A model generated the notes under the pieces. The model had not been told where the DNA came from, ran no database searches, and saw only the letters and a list, made by a program, of their open reading frames with translations. From Calditrichaceae bacterium (lineage in GTDB: Bacteria; Calditrichota; Calditrichia; Calditrichales; JBFXGD01), in assembly GCA_050173015.1 (NCBI GenBank), contig JBFXLE010000004.1:96001-160000 (forward strand): a stretch of DNA of 64,000 bases, given 5' to 3'. The first letter of the stretch is position 1, and each line of letters opens with the position of its first letter. The position numbers and the translations under genes were made by a program. This document shows, piece after piece, positions 28,309-38,473 of the stretch.

Positions 28309-29466
28309 ATGAAAATCAGCGGATTTGTAATATTTCTAACCATTATTCTTGCTATCTACGGTTCAGTTAATTTTTATATATTTCTGCGAGGCTGGGAGGC
28401 GCTGTCTCGATATCCCACTTTTAAAATATATTTTTTTATATTTTTCTGGTCAATCGCCGCGTCATTTATTGCCGGAAGGATTCTTGAAAAATATGGATTT
28501 TTCGCGGTTTCCAAAATTTTGATTCATATGGGATCCTACTGGCTGGCGATGATGCTTTATTTGTTTCTGATTTTACTGGTTATTGATCTGGTCAGGTTAA
28601 TAAATCATTTCATCCCATTTTTCCCGGACTATATCTATAATAATTATCATTCAGTCAAACAAATCACCGCGGTGTCCGTCGTCCTGTCTGCATTAATCAT
28701 TGTGTGGGCAGGGCATATCAATGCTGTCATTCCCGGAATCAGAACACTTGAACTCAAAATTGACAAACGTGTTGAAAATACAAAAAACTTAAATATAGTC
28801 CTTGCATCGGATATCCATCTCGGGACCATTATCGGTCGTTCCGAAATTGATAATATCGTGGCTATGATTAACAAACTTGAACCTGATATTGTTCTCTTGC
28901 CCGGAGATATTGTTGATGAGGATATCGGTCCGGTAATAAGACAAAATTTGGGAGAAGCGCTCAATAATATCCGGACTCGATACGGTGTCTTTGCCGTTAC
29001 GGGAAATCATGAATTTATAGGCGGTGTTGAATCTGCTCATCAATACCTTTCGGGACATAGAATAACCATGCTAAGGGATAGCGTCGCCAGGATTAACAGC
29101 GGTATTTTTATAGTGGGAAGAGAAGATATTTCTGTGAATCGTTTTATGGGAAAAAAACGGAAAACTATTGAGAAGTTATTAGAGAACGTGGATAAGGAGT
29201 ATCCGGTGATTTTGCTTGATCATCAGCCATTCAATCTGGATGAGGCTGCCGATAATGGAATTGATTTACAGATCTCCGGGCACACGCATCACGGGCAGTT
29301 ATGGCCGTTTAATTTTATAACTTCTAAGGTGTATGAAATAAGTCATGGTTATAAAAAAATCAAACACACACATTTTTATATCTCATCCGGGGTAGGGACA
29401 TGGGGGCCCCCGGTCAGGATCGGCAACCGTCCTGAGATTGTCAATATAAAACTAAGTTTTAAGTGA
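28309..29466 (+). CDS. membrane-bound metallophosphoesterase (YkuE-like)
   Basis: N-terminal TM helices; SDIHLG, GDIVD, GNHE, SGHTHHGQ, GTWGPPVR. Confidence 0.88.
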   Translation: MKISGFVIFLTIILAIYGSVNFYIFLRGWEALSRYPTFKIYFFIFFWSIAASFIAGRILEKYGFFAVSKILIHMGSYWLAMMLYLFLILLVIDLVRLINHFIPFFPDYIYNNYHSVKQITAVSVVLSALIIVWAGHINAVIPGIRTLELKIDKRVENTKNLNIVLASDIHLGTIIGRSEIDNIVAMINKLEPDIVLLPGDIVDEDIGPVIRQNLGEALNNIRTRYGVFAVTGNHEFIGGVESAHQYLSGHRITMLRDSVARINSGIFIVGREDISVNRFMGKKRKTIEKLLENVDKEYPVILLDHQPFNLDEAADNGIDLQISGHTHHGQLWPFNFITSKVYEISHGYKKIKHTHFYISSGVGTWGPPVRIGNRPEIVNIKLSFK

Positions 29467-29619
29467 CTGGAATCGATGGATTTAGTAGAAAATAACTGTG
29501 AGATCAGATCAAATATAGATTCCCGGTCGGGAAAATTGACCAGGCGGATAAGAATAAATGAAATTTAATGAATTTTTGCCGATGATATTTATAAGGATAT
29601 CTAACGCAGGGAGGCTTGT

Positions 29620-29946
29620 ATGAAAATATTTATCGGAAATGTGTCAAAATCCGTTGAAGCAAAAGAATTAAAAGAGGCGTTCCAGGCTTTCGGCCGACTT
29701 GAGTCGATCGAAATTAAAGAGCAGGAAGTAATGGGAAAAATGGAAACGTATGTTATTGTTGAAATGCCGGTTGAGTCCGAAGCAAGGAGGGCAATGGAAA
29801 GTCTGGACGGAATGGAGTGGATGGGAAACATCATCAGTGTCCATCCGGCAAGGGTAAACCTGGAAGACCGCCGGAAAAGTGGAAGAGGTGGTGGGCGCCG
29901 ATTTACTGATCATCACAGATCCGAGGTGTCCAAAGGGGGGAAATAA
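29620..29946 (+). CDS. RRM RNA-binding protein
   Basis: KIFIGNV (RNP2), degenerate RNP1, RGGG tail; SD GGAGG. Confidence 0.8.
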   Translation: MKIFIGNVSKSVEAKELKEAFQAFGRLESIEIKEQEVMGKMETYVIVEMPVESEARRAMESLDGMEWMGNIISVHPARVNLEDRRKSGRGGGRRFTDHHRSEVSKGGK

Positions 29947-30236
29947 TAACCGGTATTCACATCAGAATCGCCCATAACCGCATTTTTGAGTGCGATCCTT
30001 GTTTTCTGTACTGCCATCCCGGAGTAAAGTACTGTTTAATGTCCGGGAATTGGAAAGTGATCACCGATTTGTGGATGAATTTCATTGGCGCTTTTAGATT
30101 GCTAAATCGCTCCGGAATATATCCCTGATATACTGACTCCGGGTCAGATATATGGTCTGTAAATCGTAAAGAATGAATAAATCAAGACTGAAACATAAAC
30201 AGAAAACGGCCGTAGATTATAGAAAACTAAATTGGG

Positions 30237-30437
30237 ATGAAAATGGAAAAATTATATCGATCCAAAAAAGACAGAAAAATCGCAGGAATCTGTGGAGGAC
30301 TTGAGACTCTGATGGGAGTAGATTCAACAATAATACGGTTGCTGGCCATTCTGATCGGGATTGTCACCGGGATATTTCCGGTGCTCATCACTTACATTAT
30401 CGGCTGGATAATCATTCCGGAATCGCCGGAGTCGTAA
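30237..30437 (+). CDS. PspC domain protein
   Basis: KLYRS..RKIAGICGG..IIRL..YIIGWIIIP. Confidence 0.88.
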   Translation: MKMEKLYRSKKDRKIAGICGGLETLMGVDSTIIRLLAILIGIVTGIFPVLITYIIGWIIIPESPES

Positions 30438-30924
30438 AAACGCAATTTCCAGATTAGATTCACCAATTTCCGCCGAAGTTTTTTATTATATTTATGGAAT
30501 TGGCCTAATCCGCTCGTTTTGTCCGGAAATAATTTAATTCTTGATTATCGCATAGAACACATCTATTATATTCCTGTTCGGCCGGATTTTCAGCTGAGTT
30601 TCTCTGAAAATTATATGGACCGCACCACCGGTCGATCGGTCGTATTCTGATCATTCATTATTCATAAAAAATTGACAGTTTATCGAATGGGGGAGATTCG
30701 ATGTAAATATCAATTACCGGATAATGACACACCTGAAAAAATAATATTAAAGCACTTTCGGACCACCGCCTGTATCGTCGCGAGAGCGCCGATTTATTCT
30801 GCCAACAATAACGACACCATCCGCATCCTATCATCACGCGCTAAGAATAAATGAGATATCTTTTTGATAACAGGAAAATTAAATGCATGGAGGAAAGCGG
30901 TTAATCCATTTATTCGGAGGAACT

Positions 30925-33069
30925 ATGATAAAATCTTTCATGTTAGTGCTCGGACTTATCCTGATTAGCGCGGGACAAATGCCGGCGCAGGCTGTAACTC
31001 ACGGCCCGGTCGTTGGCGGGGTAACCTCTCAATCAGCGGAATTCGTCCTAAGAGTTGACGTAGCTGCTAAAATACAGTTGCAAATATCAACGAATCTTTC
31101 TTTTTCTCCATCCATCTTGTCCACGACGGTTTATGTGGATAATTCTACCGATTACTTCGGAAAAGTATCTGCCGCGGGACTTTCACCGGCAACACGATAT
31201 TACTACAGACCGGTTATTAACGGGATACCGCTTGAGACTGCCGCTGTCCGGACATTTAGAACTTTTCCGCCCTCCGGAAGTCATGCTGAATTCAAATTCT
31301 TAACAGGATCATGCCAACAGGCGGATCCGGATCCGAATTCGGGGATAGGAATGATTTTCCCAAAAATGGCCAAGGAAAACGCGCTTTTCCTTTTGCATCA
31401 GGGAGACTGGGGTTATCCGGATACAACTGATATAGAATCAGGCAATCCGGGCCATTATTTTGCCCTGGACTACGGTCGTGTTCGGGAGACTTATCGCGCC
31501 AGATATGATCCCACTTTTCCAATGGATGCCCTTTTAAAAGTGATGCCTGTCGCTTACACCTATGATGATCATGACATGGTTGACGACAACAGTGATTATA
31601 CCTATGCGGGGATTGCCAATTCAATAAAAGGGTACATGGAGATGTTTCCGGATTATCCCCTTCCGAATCCTGATGGCGGTATTTGGCATAAATTTAGCTG
31701 CGGCAATGCCGATTTCTTTATGCTGGATAATCGATCTCAGCGTGATCCTTCATTGGAGTCATTTTTCTCCCTGCCATCCAATAGTTTTCTGGGTGACGGA
31801 TATGTTATGTATAATCCGTCTCCGGAACATCGAATTCTGTCCGGGAATCCTTTTATGACGGGTGAGGATCAGATGACCTGGCTTCTCAGGGAATTAAGCC
31901 GTTCAACCGCGCACTGGAAATTTATATCGACCGGAACCCCTTTTAATCCTGCCCTGAGGGGCGGGCTGGAACTTGCCTTATTACTGCAGAATGAACCGCG
32001 CTTCAATCCGATTATAACACCGCAGGGATCATTTACTCCGCTGCAGATTGCCGGGGAATTTGCCGATAAATGGGCCGGTTATCCTGAAAGCATCATCCGG
32101 CTGCTCAATCATATCATTACAAATAAAATTGAAAATGTCATTTTTCTCAGCGGGGATACTCATACATCGGGCATTGATGACGGGGCCAATTCAATCATCC
32201 CCGAACTCATGGCCGGACCGCTTGACAGAACTAACAGCCGGATTGTCGCGCTGCTGGAGCAGTTTGGGGTGTTTATCTTCAATAAAGGCGGACAGACGAG
32301 CACGCAGACAGATTTTGGAAACGCGTACGGTCGTGTCAGCGTATCAGGTACCGAATTGGTCACCCTGGAAGTTGTGAGCGAAAGTGGAAATGTCATTGCA
32401 AGTCATGTTGTCAAATCAGGATTTCTCCCATCCCGTGTGGGGGGGCTTGTGGTTCCGGCCGGTCTGGCTTTTGGAGAATTGAATACAGGGACTATTGGAA
32501 CGCAGGCTATAGTGATTGTCAATACCAGTGTTGACCCGCTTGTTGTGTCAAATATTACAAGCAGCGATCCGCTCCATTTCAGGGTTTTTCCAAAATCCTT
32601 TACTGTTCTGCCCGGTACAGTCCGGCGCGCTGTAGTGACCTACTTTCCATTTGGTGCAGGAAAAACCCATCAGGCTCTTCTTACTGTACATACAAATGAC
32701 CCCGACGGACCGGGTTATGTTCAGGTGTCCGGATCCGCGGCGGCTGCTTTCGCAATGGTAGAGGAACAGAGCGCTGTATCCGGAATGCCATATCAGTTTA
32801 AACTGCATCAGAATCATCCAAATCCGTTTAATCCCCGGACAGATATTCAGTATAGCATACCGGAAATGAGCCAGGTTTCGATTACGGTGTTTAATGTTCT
32901 GGGTGAAAGGATAAAAACTCTGATTAACGAGGAAAAACAATCTGGAAATTATTTTGTTTCCTGGGATGGGACTAATGAACAGCAAATTCCGGTTCAAAGT
33001 GGTATATATTTTTATACGATAACAGCCGGAAAATTTAAAGAAACCCGAAAGATGATGCTCTTAAAATAG
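30925..33069 (+). CDS. secreted PhoD-like alkaline phosphatase with Ig and FlgD/CTD tail
   Basis: THGPVVG, GSC, QGDWGY, DDHD, LDNRSQR, LSGDTH; QNHPNPFNP tail. Confidence 0.85.
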   Translation: MIKSFMLVLGLILISAGQMPAQAVTHGPVVGGVTSQSAEFVLRVDVAAKIQLQISTNLSFSPSILSTTVYVDNSTDYFGKVSAAGLSPATRYYYRPVINGIPLETAAVRTFRTFPPSGSHAEFKFLTGSCQQADPDPNSGIGMIFPKMAKENALFLLHQGDWGYPDTTDIESGNPGHYFALDYGRVRETYRARYDPTFPMDALLKVMPVAYTYDDHDMVDDNSDYTYAGIANSIKGYMEMFPDYPLPNPDGGIWHKFSCGNADFFMLDNRSQRDPSLESFFSLPSNSFLGDGYVMYNPSPEHRILSGNPFMTGEDQMTWLLRELSRSTAHWKFISTGTPFNPALRGGLELALLLQNEPRFNPIITPQGSFTPLQIAGEFADKWAGYPESIIRLLNHIITNKIENVIFLSGDTHTSGIDDGANSIIPELMAGPLDRTNSRIVALLEQFGVFIFNKGGQTSTQTDFGNAYGRVSVSGTELVTLEVVSESGNVIASHVVKSGFLPSRVGGLVVPAGLAFGELNTGTIGTQAIVIVNTSVDPLVVSNITSSDPLHFRVFPKSFTVLPGTVRRAVVTYFPFGAGKTHQALLTVHTNDPDGPGYVQVSGSAAAAFAMVEEQSAVSGMPYQFKLHQNHPNPFNPRTDIQYSIPEMSQVSITVFNVLGERIKTLINEEKQSGNYFVSWDGTNEQQIPVQSGIYFYTITAGKFKETRKMMLLK

Positions 33070-33132
33070 TGTAAACCCGGAAAAATTTTAAACATGGTAC
33101 ATCAGAAAATGAAAAAGCCCGGATTAAATTTT

Positions 33133-33633
33133 ATGATGAAAAAGTTTCTAGTGATGAGCATAATAATTATGACGGGGGTAATGGCTTGTTCGCAGAAGTC
33201 GAAGCATTCGGAAAGGTCAAATGTGAAGTACAAAATCCAGAAATCGGACGAAGAATGGCGCAAAATTCTGACAAATGAACAATATATCATCACCAGAAAA
33301 AAAGGAACGGAATCGCCTTTTTCGGGAAAATATAACAACTTCAAAGAGCAGGGGATATTTGAGTGCGTATGTTGCGGAAATGAGTTGTTTAGTTCGGAAA
33401 CAAAATATAATTCGGGAAGCGGATGGCCGAGTTTCTGGGCTCCTTTCTCCAATGAAAAAATAAATAAGGATGAAGACCGAACTCTTTTCATGACGAGAAC
33501 GGAAGTGACATGCAGTCAGTGCGGGGCGCATCTCGGACATGTTTTTGAAGATGGTCCCGAACCGACCGGTCTCCGTTATTGCATAAATTCTGCCGCGCTA
33601 AAGTTTGTGGGGAATGAAGACGATAAAGAGTAA
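33133..33633 (+). CDS. msrB: peptide methionine-R-sulfoxide reductase, with lipoprotein-like signal
   Basis: GTESPF, CVCC, SGSGWPSF, CGAHLGHVF.DGP, RYCINSAAL; VMAC lipobox. Confidence 0.93.
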   Translation: MMKKFLVMSIIIMTGVMACSQKSKHSERSNVKYKIQKSDEEWRKILTNEQYIITRKKGTESPFSGKYNNFKEQGIFECVCCGNELFSSETKYNSGSGWPSFWAPFSNEKINKDEDRTLFMTRTEVTCSQCGAHLGHVFEDGPEPTGLRYCINSAALKFVGNEDDKE

Positions 33634-33699
33634 ATGACATACAAACCGTCATTGAAAATTTAATTGAACTTATCGGGATACGGTTTGTAAAATAAAATA

Positions 33700-33880
33700 A
33701 TTTACGCTGCGCGGGAAATTTAACAGGGAAATTTTCTGCGCGATGATTGATGCCCTGAAGCAAGGAGGTGATCCTATTAGTAGTCGAAGTATGAAAGGAG
33801 CCTCCGTCGAGATCTGCTAGCACCAGATCCGCGGGCTCCATAAGTAAAAGCCCCCGTTTGTTTACGGGGGCTTTTTTTTT
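33700..33880 (+). ncRNA. candidate small RNA with three hairpins and a perfect anti-16S-3'-end motif
   Basis: TTGAAC-N18-TAAAAT upstream; hairpins at 33709-33741 and 33797-33839; AAGGAGGTGATCC at 33762-33774; terminator. Confidence 0.45.
33846..33880 (+). terminator. intrinsic (probably bidirectional) terminator
   Basis: AAAAGCCCCCGT-TTGTTT-ACGGGGGCTTTT followed by more T. Confidence 0.85.
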
Positions 33881-33931
33881 ATTGAAGATGCCAGATGTAT
33901 TCAATTTATATCTATCGAGAAGGATGTATAC

Positions 33932-35746
33932 CTAGGAAAAAACCGTACTAAGCAGATTTTCTTTCTGCAAATACTTTTCGAACGCGCTGAGAGTCAATGG
34001 AGGACTGAATAAAAAGCCCTGAAACTTTGCGCAATTTTGGGACTCAAGAAGATAAAGATCTTCCAACTGTTCAATACCTTCTGCAATGACGTCCTTGTTC
34101 AAATCCATCCCCAGTTTGATAATTGAATTTACAAGTTCCATATGTTTGGGATTTGTGCTGATGTGTTTGATAAATGATTTGTCTATTTTAATGGTCTGGG
34201 CGGTGAATTTCTGAAGATAAACAAGTGAAGCATAACCGGTTCCAAAGTCATCGATCGCGAGCCTGAAGCCGAGTGTTGATAATTCATTTAGATTTCTAAG
34301 AACCTCAATATGATTATCCATATAACTCGTTTCGGTTAATTCAATTTGTACCATACCCGGATCCACATCCAGAATCCGCATCATTTTCTCGATTTTTCGT
34401 ATCATATTTGTCGCCTGAAGCTGCTTTGCCGAAAAATTGACGGAGACGTACAGGCGATCACTATGGCGCGAGATTATCTCTTTAAAATCCCGGCAAGCCT
34501 TATATAAAATCCATTCCCCGATAGTCGATATGAGATTGGATTGTTCGGCGATTGGAATAAATAGATCCGGATGAACAACACCAAGTTCAGGATGCTTCCA
34601 GCGTACCAATGCTTCCGAACCAATCGTTTTATATGAATTTTTTGAAATTTTTTCTACAATCGGCTGAAATAAGATTTCAAACTGACTTGAAAAATCGGCT
34701 TCATTTGAAACCCTTCTAAGCGCTTTTTCAATGTTTAATTTCCTGAGCAGTTGTTCCGTCATATTTCTTGAAAAGAACTGAAAATTGTTTTTGCCTTTCT
34801 TTTTTGCGTTATACATGGCTGTGTCAGCATTCTGGATGAGCAGTTCATTTACCATACCATCCATTGGAAATAATACAATCCCGATACTTATACTCAGGAA
34901 TGTAATTTTATGACCGGATATATAATAAGGATCGGCGACGTATTGTATGATTTTCTCAGCAATTTTTCCCGCATCATAATCCTGATGGATATTTTTGAGG
35001 ATAATGGAGAACTCATCACCGCCAACTCTGAATACAGAATCTGATTTACGAACACAAATGTTGATTCTTGATGCGACCTCTTTCAATACTTTATCGCCGA
35101 TATCATGACCAAACGAGTCGTTTATCACCTTGAAATTGTCCAGGTCACAATATAGAACAGCCGTTATATTTTCGTCGGTGTCTCTTTCCGCGTCCAGAAT
35201 GATCTGATTAACAACTTCGTAGAACGCGTACCGGTTTTTGAGTCCGGTGAGCATATCGTGATAGGCCTGATATTTTAGTTCTTTTTGCCCAAGGATTGTA
35301 GAGCTGAGATTGGTTCCAAACAGACAAATAGATGAAATTTTTTTCTGATCTTTATCAGCGAAAATGGGTTGATAATATCTTTTGTAATATAAGGTCTTTT
35401 TTTTATCAGGGATGTAAAGTTTTTCAGTGAATTTTACTGTTGTTTTTTCGGTTAGCGCGCGTTCAAAATGTGTTTTTCGTTTATTCCCCGATTCTGGTGA
35501 AATACCCATCATGGCAAAGTACACGCTGTCGTCTTTACCAATAAGCGCATCCCGGCCGAATTCATTAGGGCAATAATTTTCATTAATGAATTTATAACGG
35601 CCTTCAAGATCATAGACAGCGATCTCCATGGGAACATTTTTAAATATTTCGTACGCTTCGAGTAATTCTACACGACCGTTTTTAGAATGATTACTGCCGG
35701 AACTTTTCTGAGGGACCGCAATTTTTTTGAATAGAGACTGCATCAT
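33932..35746 (-). CDS. PAS-like/GGDEF/EAL c-di-GMP turnover protein
   Basis: HDMLTGL, DLDNFK, RKSD-x5-GGDEF, SEALVRW, IELTE, IDDFGTG. Confidence 0.93.
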   Translation of the reverse strand: MMQSLFKKIAVPQKSSGSNHSKNGRVELLEAYEIFKNVPMEIAVYDLEGRYKFINENYCPNEFGRDALIGKDDSVYFAMMGISPESGNKRKTHFERALTEKTTVKFTEKLYIPDKKKTLYYKRYYQPIFADKDQKKISSICLFGTNLSSTILGQKELKYQAYHDMLTGLKNRYAFYEVVNQIILDAERDTDENITAVLYCDLDNFKVINDSFGHDIGDKVLKEVASRINICVRKSDSVFRVGGDEFSIILKNIHQDYDAGKIAEKIIQYVADPYYISGHKITFLSISIGIVLFPMDGMVNELLIQNADTAMYNAKKKGKNNFQFFSRNMTEQLLRKLNIEKALRRVSNEADFSSQFEILFQPIVEKISKNSYKTIGSEALVRWKHPELGVVHPDLFIPIAEQSNLISTIGEWILYKACRDFKEIISRHSDRLYVSVNFSAKQLQATNMIRKIEKMMRILDVDPGMVQIELTETSYMDNHIEVLRNLNELSTLGFRLAIDDFGTGYASLVYLQKFTAQTIKIDKSFIKHISTNPKHMELVNSIIKLGMDLNKDVIAEGIEQLEDLYLLESQNCAKFQGFLFSPPLTLSAFEKYLQKENLLSTVFS

Positions 35747-36033
35747 ATGACCTACAATTCAAGAACCGTACAAATAAATATGATTTTTTTTTTCAGCGTG
35801 AATGTTTATATTAGAGATAACTCTACTATCGAATTGTTTCTTATGTTCTTTAAGGAATTTTTACCAATGAGCGTATTTTGACTATAAAAATGATAATAAA
35901 TATACCAAAAAAGTGCAAATTGTAAATAAAAAATGTACAAATTGAAAATGTAATGCATTTAGCGCTCCCGTTCCCGATGTTCCTTCTATCCCAATACACA
36001 TGCTTGTAGAGATAAGAAATAAGGGAATTTTGT

Positions 36034-36834
36034 ATGATATACCGTAGCCGCAAAATCATCCTGCCCTATCTGGTTTTCATTGTCTTGCTGTTGGGTAATT
36101 CGATCGTTTATGGACAGAAATTCCAATGGAAGGTTGGGGAAGAACTGGTTTACAAAGTGAAGTGGTCATTCATAAGACTCGGAACGGTCAAACTGCAAGT
36201 AGTGGATACAACAAAAATAGATAATGTGCCTGTTTATCATTTAAGATTTTTTATTGATTCCAATCCATTATTGTTTTTCGTCAATAATCACAGCGTGTAT
36301 AACAGCTTTTTTGATGAGAATTTTAGAATTCAGAAAACCTATTCACATGAAAAAATTGATAATGTGAATTACCGTTCCGAATACCTGTTCGATTACGCGG
36401 ACAGCATCATTCGTGTAATAATGACCGATATAAAGGATACGTCAAATACGATTCATAGAGAAATGGAGATGGAAAAACAGCTTTATGACGGTATTGGGAT
36501 GATCTTTTACGCCAGGGCAAACGCGGGCAAGACGAAGAATGATACATTAACATCTTTTTTTGAAACACAAAAAGGTCATGTCGTTATAAATTTTAAAGGA
36601 AAAAAAGAAGATATTAAAGTTGGTGTGTTTGATAAACCATATCAAACATACCCGCTGGATGGCAATATCAATATTAAGGGAATTGCCGGTGTAACCGGGC
36701 CTTTCGAAGGTTGGTTTGCCACTGACGGACAAAGACCACCTGTCAAAGCGAAGCTAAAAGTATTTATCGGAAACGTAATCGTTGAACTGGAAGAATGGAA
36801 GAACTGGGACCCCGGTGTAACGCGGAAGGAATGA
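36034..36834 (+). CDS. DUF3108 domain exported protein
   Basis: GEELVYKVKW..LG; W.ATD..RPPVKAKLKVFIGNV. Confidence 0.75.
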   Translation: MIYRSRKIILPYLVFIVLLLGNSIVYGQKFQWKVGEELVYKVKWSFIRLGTVKLQVVDTTKIDNVPVYHLRFFIDSNPLLFFVNNHSVYNSFFDENFRIQKTYSHEKIDNVNYRSEYLFDYADSIIRVIMTDIKDTSNTIHREMEMEKQLYDGIGMIFYARANAGKTKNDTLTSFFETQKGHVVINFKGKKEDIKVGVFDKPYQTYPLDGNINIKGIAGVTGPFEGWFATDGQRPPVKAKLKVFIGNVIVELEEWKNWDPGVTRKE

Positions 36835-37003
36835 ATTACACGCTAAACTGAATTTAACAGATGAATTCAATTTTATTTTGAACGTGATGAAGAATTTTGC
36901 CTTGTGATATTTAGTTGTCATTATTAGCTTTCTTTGCGATTTTATTGTAATATTTAAACGTATCAGATTCTGAATTGTTAGTAAACACTGAGGAGAAATA
37001 AAA

Positions 37004-37486
37004 ATGCCGTCATTTGATGTCGTTTCAGAAGTAAATATGCACGAGGTTCATAACGCGGTCGATCAGGCGAACAGGGAAGTCACTACCCGTTTCGATTTCA
37101 AGGGCAGCGGAGCGAATTTCAGCCTCAATGAGGATGTAATAACGATGTATGGCGAGAGTGATTTCCATCTCAAACAAATGCTTGATATCCTGTACGCGAA
37201 ATTAAGCAAACGAGGGGTGGATCTGGCGTGTATGGAAATAAACACCCCGGAAGTATCAGGAAAAGGCGCGCGCCAGGAGGTCAAAATCAGACAGGGAATT
37301 GACGCGCCACTTGCAAAAAAAATTGTAAAAATAATAAAAGACACAAAGCAAAAAGTTCAGGCCTCTATTCAGGGCGATAAAGTTAGGGTAACCGGCAAAA
37401 AAAGGGATGATCTTCAGAATGTCATCGCGCTGTTAAAAAATACCGAGCTGGAAATGCCGCTGCAATATGAAAATTTTCGTGAATAA
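37004..37486 (+). CDS. yajQ: YajQ nucleotide/c-di-GMP-binding protein
   Basis: MPSFDVVSEV..RFDFKG..KVQASIQGDKVRVTGKKRDDLQ..NFR. Confidence 0.95.
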   Translation: MPSFDVVSEVNMHEVHNAVDQANREVTTRFDFKGSGANFSLNEDVITMYGESDFHLKQMLDILYAKLSKRGVDLACMEINTPEVSGKGARQEVKIRQGIDAPLAKKIVKIIKDTKQKVQASIQGDKVRVTGKKRDDLQNVIALLKNTELEMPLQYENFRE

Positions 37487-37520
37487 CCGGGTTGTATGTC
37501 CATTGTAAAAAATCGGAGAT

Positions 37521-37955
37521 ATGATGAAGAATATGTTAATAAATACCATGCTTCTGCTCGCATCTGTCATCTTTCTTTCCTGGGTTAATACCGGTGGAAA
37601 TACAAATAAGAATGGCGCCAAAATTATTTTTGATGAGGAAATTTATGATTTTGGTGAGGTGGTTTCAGGATCTGTTGTGGAACACGTCTTTATATTCCGC
37701 AATGCGGGCGAGGATACATTAATAATAAAACGAATAGACGGTGGCTGAGGTTGCACGACCGCACTTCTGAGTTCAGAAGCCATCGCGCCCGGAGAATCCG
37801 GCCAGCTAAAAGCGATGCTGGAAACAAAAAACAGGATCGGAAAAACCAAAAAAACGATAGAAATATTTTCGAATGACCCATCGTCTAATTTAAAGGAAAT
37901 ATTCTTAATTGGTAATGTTGTACCCGACAGCAGCCTTTTTTTAAAAACAGAGTAA
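37521..37955 (+). CDS. DUF1573 domain protein with in-frame UGA (probable selenocysteine)
   Basis: YDFGEV..HVFIFRNAGEDTLII..GG-[TGA 37746]-GCTT..IAPGESG..GKTKKTIEIFSNDP continues in frame to TAA 37955. Confidence 0.8.
37764..37779 (+). promoter_or_regulatory. candidate bacterial SECIS hairpin CTTCTG-AGTT-CAGAAG
   Basis: 6-bp stem with a G-containing loop beginning 21 nt after the UGA. Confidence 0.55.
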
Positions 37956-37996
37956 ATATTGAACAGAATAAATTCTGAAGAAGAGATTGTTTTTTA

Positions 37997-38443
37997 ATGC
38001 AGTATTCGGATTCTGAAAACCTGATAATCAATGATGAATTGGCAATCGCGAATGCTGAAATAATCTATACCGCATCACGAAGCGGGGGACCCGGCGGACA
38101 ACATGTAAATAAGGTGAGCAGCAGGGTCACTTTGAGTTTTGACGTATTAAATTCTCATTCACTGAGTGAATATCAACGAAGCAAAATCGCGGGGAAGCTT
38201 TCAACCCGTATTAATAAGCTGGGCATATTGAAAGTTTCATCAGGGAAACACCGAAGTCAGTACGAAAACAGGCGCGCCGCAACTGAAAGGTTTAGAGAAT
38301 TATTGCGAAAGGCTCTGACAGACGATCCGCCGAGGCAAAAAACAAGGGTTCCCACGGCGGAAAAAAAACGCCGGCTTGAAGAAAAAAGGTTAAAAGCTAT
38401 TAAAAAAAGATCAAGATTCAGGAATATCGATCCGGATGATTGA
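37997..38443 (+). CDS. arfB: alternative ribosome rescue factor / peptidyl-tRNA hydrolase
   Basis: SRSGGPGGQHVNK, RSQYENR, basic C-terminal tail. Confidence 0.92.
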   Translation: MQYSDSENLIINDELAIANAEIIYTASRSGGPGGQHVNKVSSRVTLSFDVLNSHSLSEYQRSKIAGKLSTRINKLGILKVSSGKHRSQYENRRAATERFRELLRKALTDDPPRQKTRVPTAEKKRRLEEKRLKAIKKRSRFRNIDPDD

Positions 38444-38473
38444 TACTTCCTCTTATTTTAAAACTAAAATTTT

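Noticed and set aside
30672-30854. BrnT-like toxin remnant (DTIRILSSR resembles IRIISAR)
   Set aside because: Only a short motif, TTG start, no antitoxin neighbour; insufficient evidence.
33133-33633. Selenocysteine in MsrB (also checked PsrA and YeeE)
   Set aside because: These ORFs are uninterrupted and use Cys (RYCINS, AQCRG, GCTSG, YCPG).
33762-33774. 16S rRNA gene fragment on the minus strand
   Set aside because: The match is limited to 13 nt; flanking sequence does not continue as 16S helix 45.
33700-33880. 6S RNA, tmRNA or SRP RNA
   Set aside because: I see no long 5'/3' closing stem with central bubble, no tRNA-like ends and no SRP loop motif; not excluded without cmscan.
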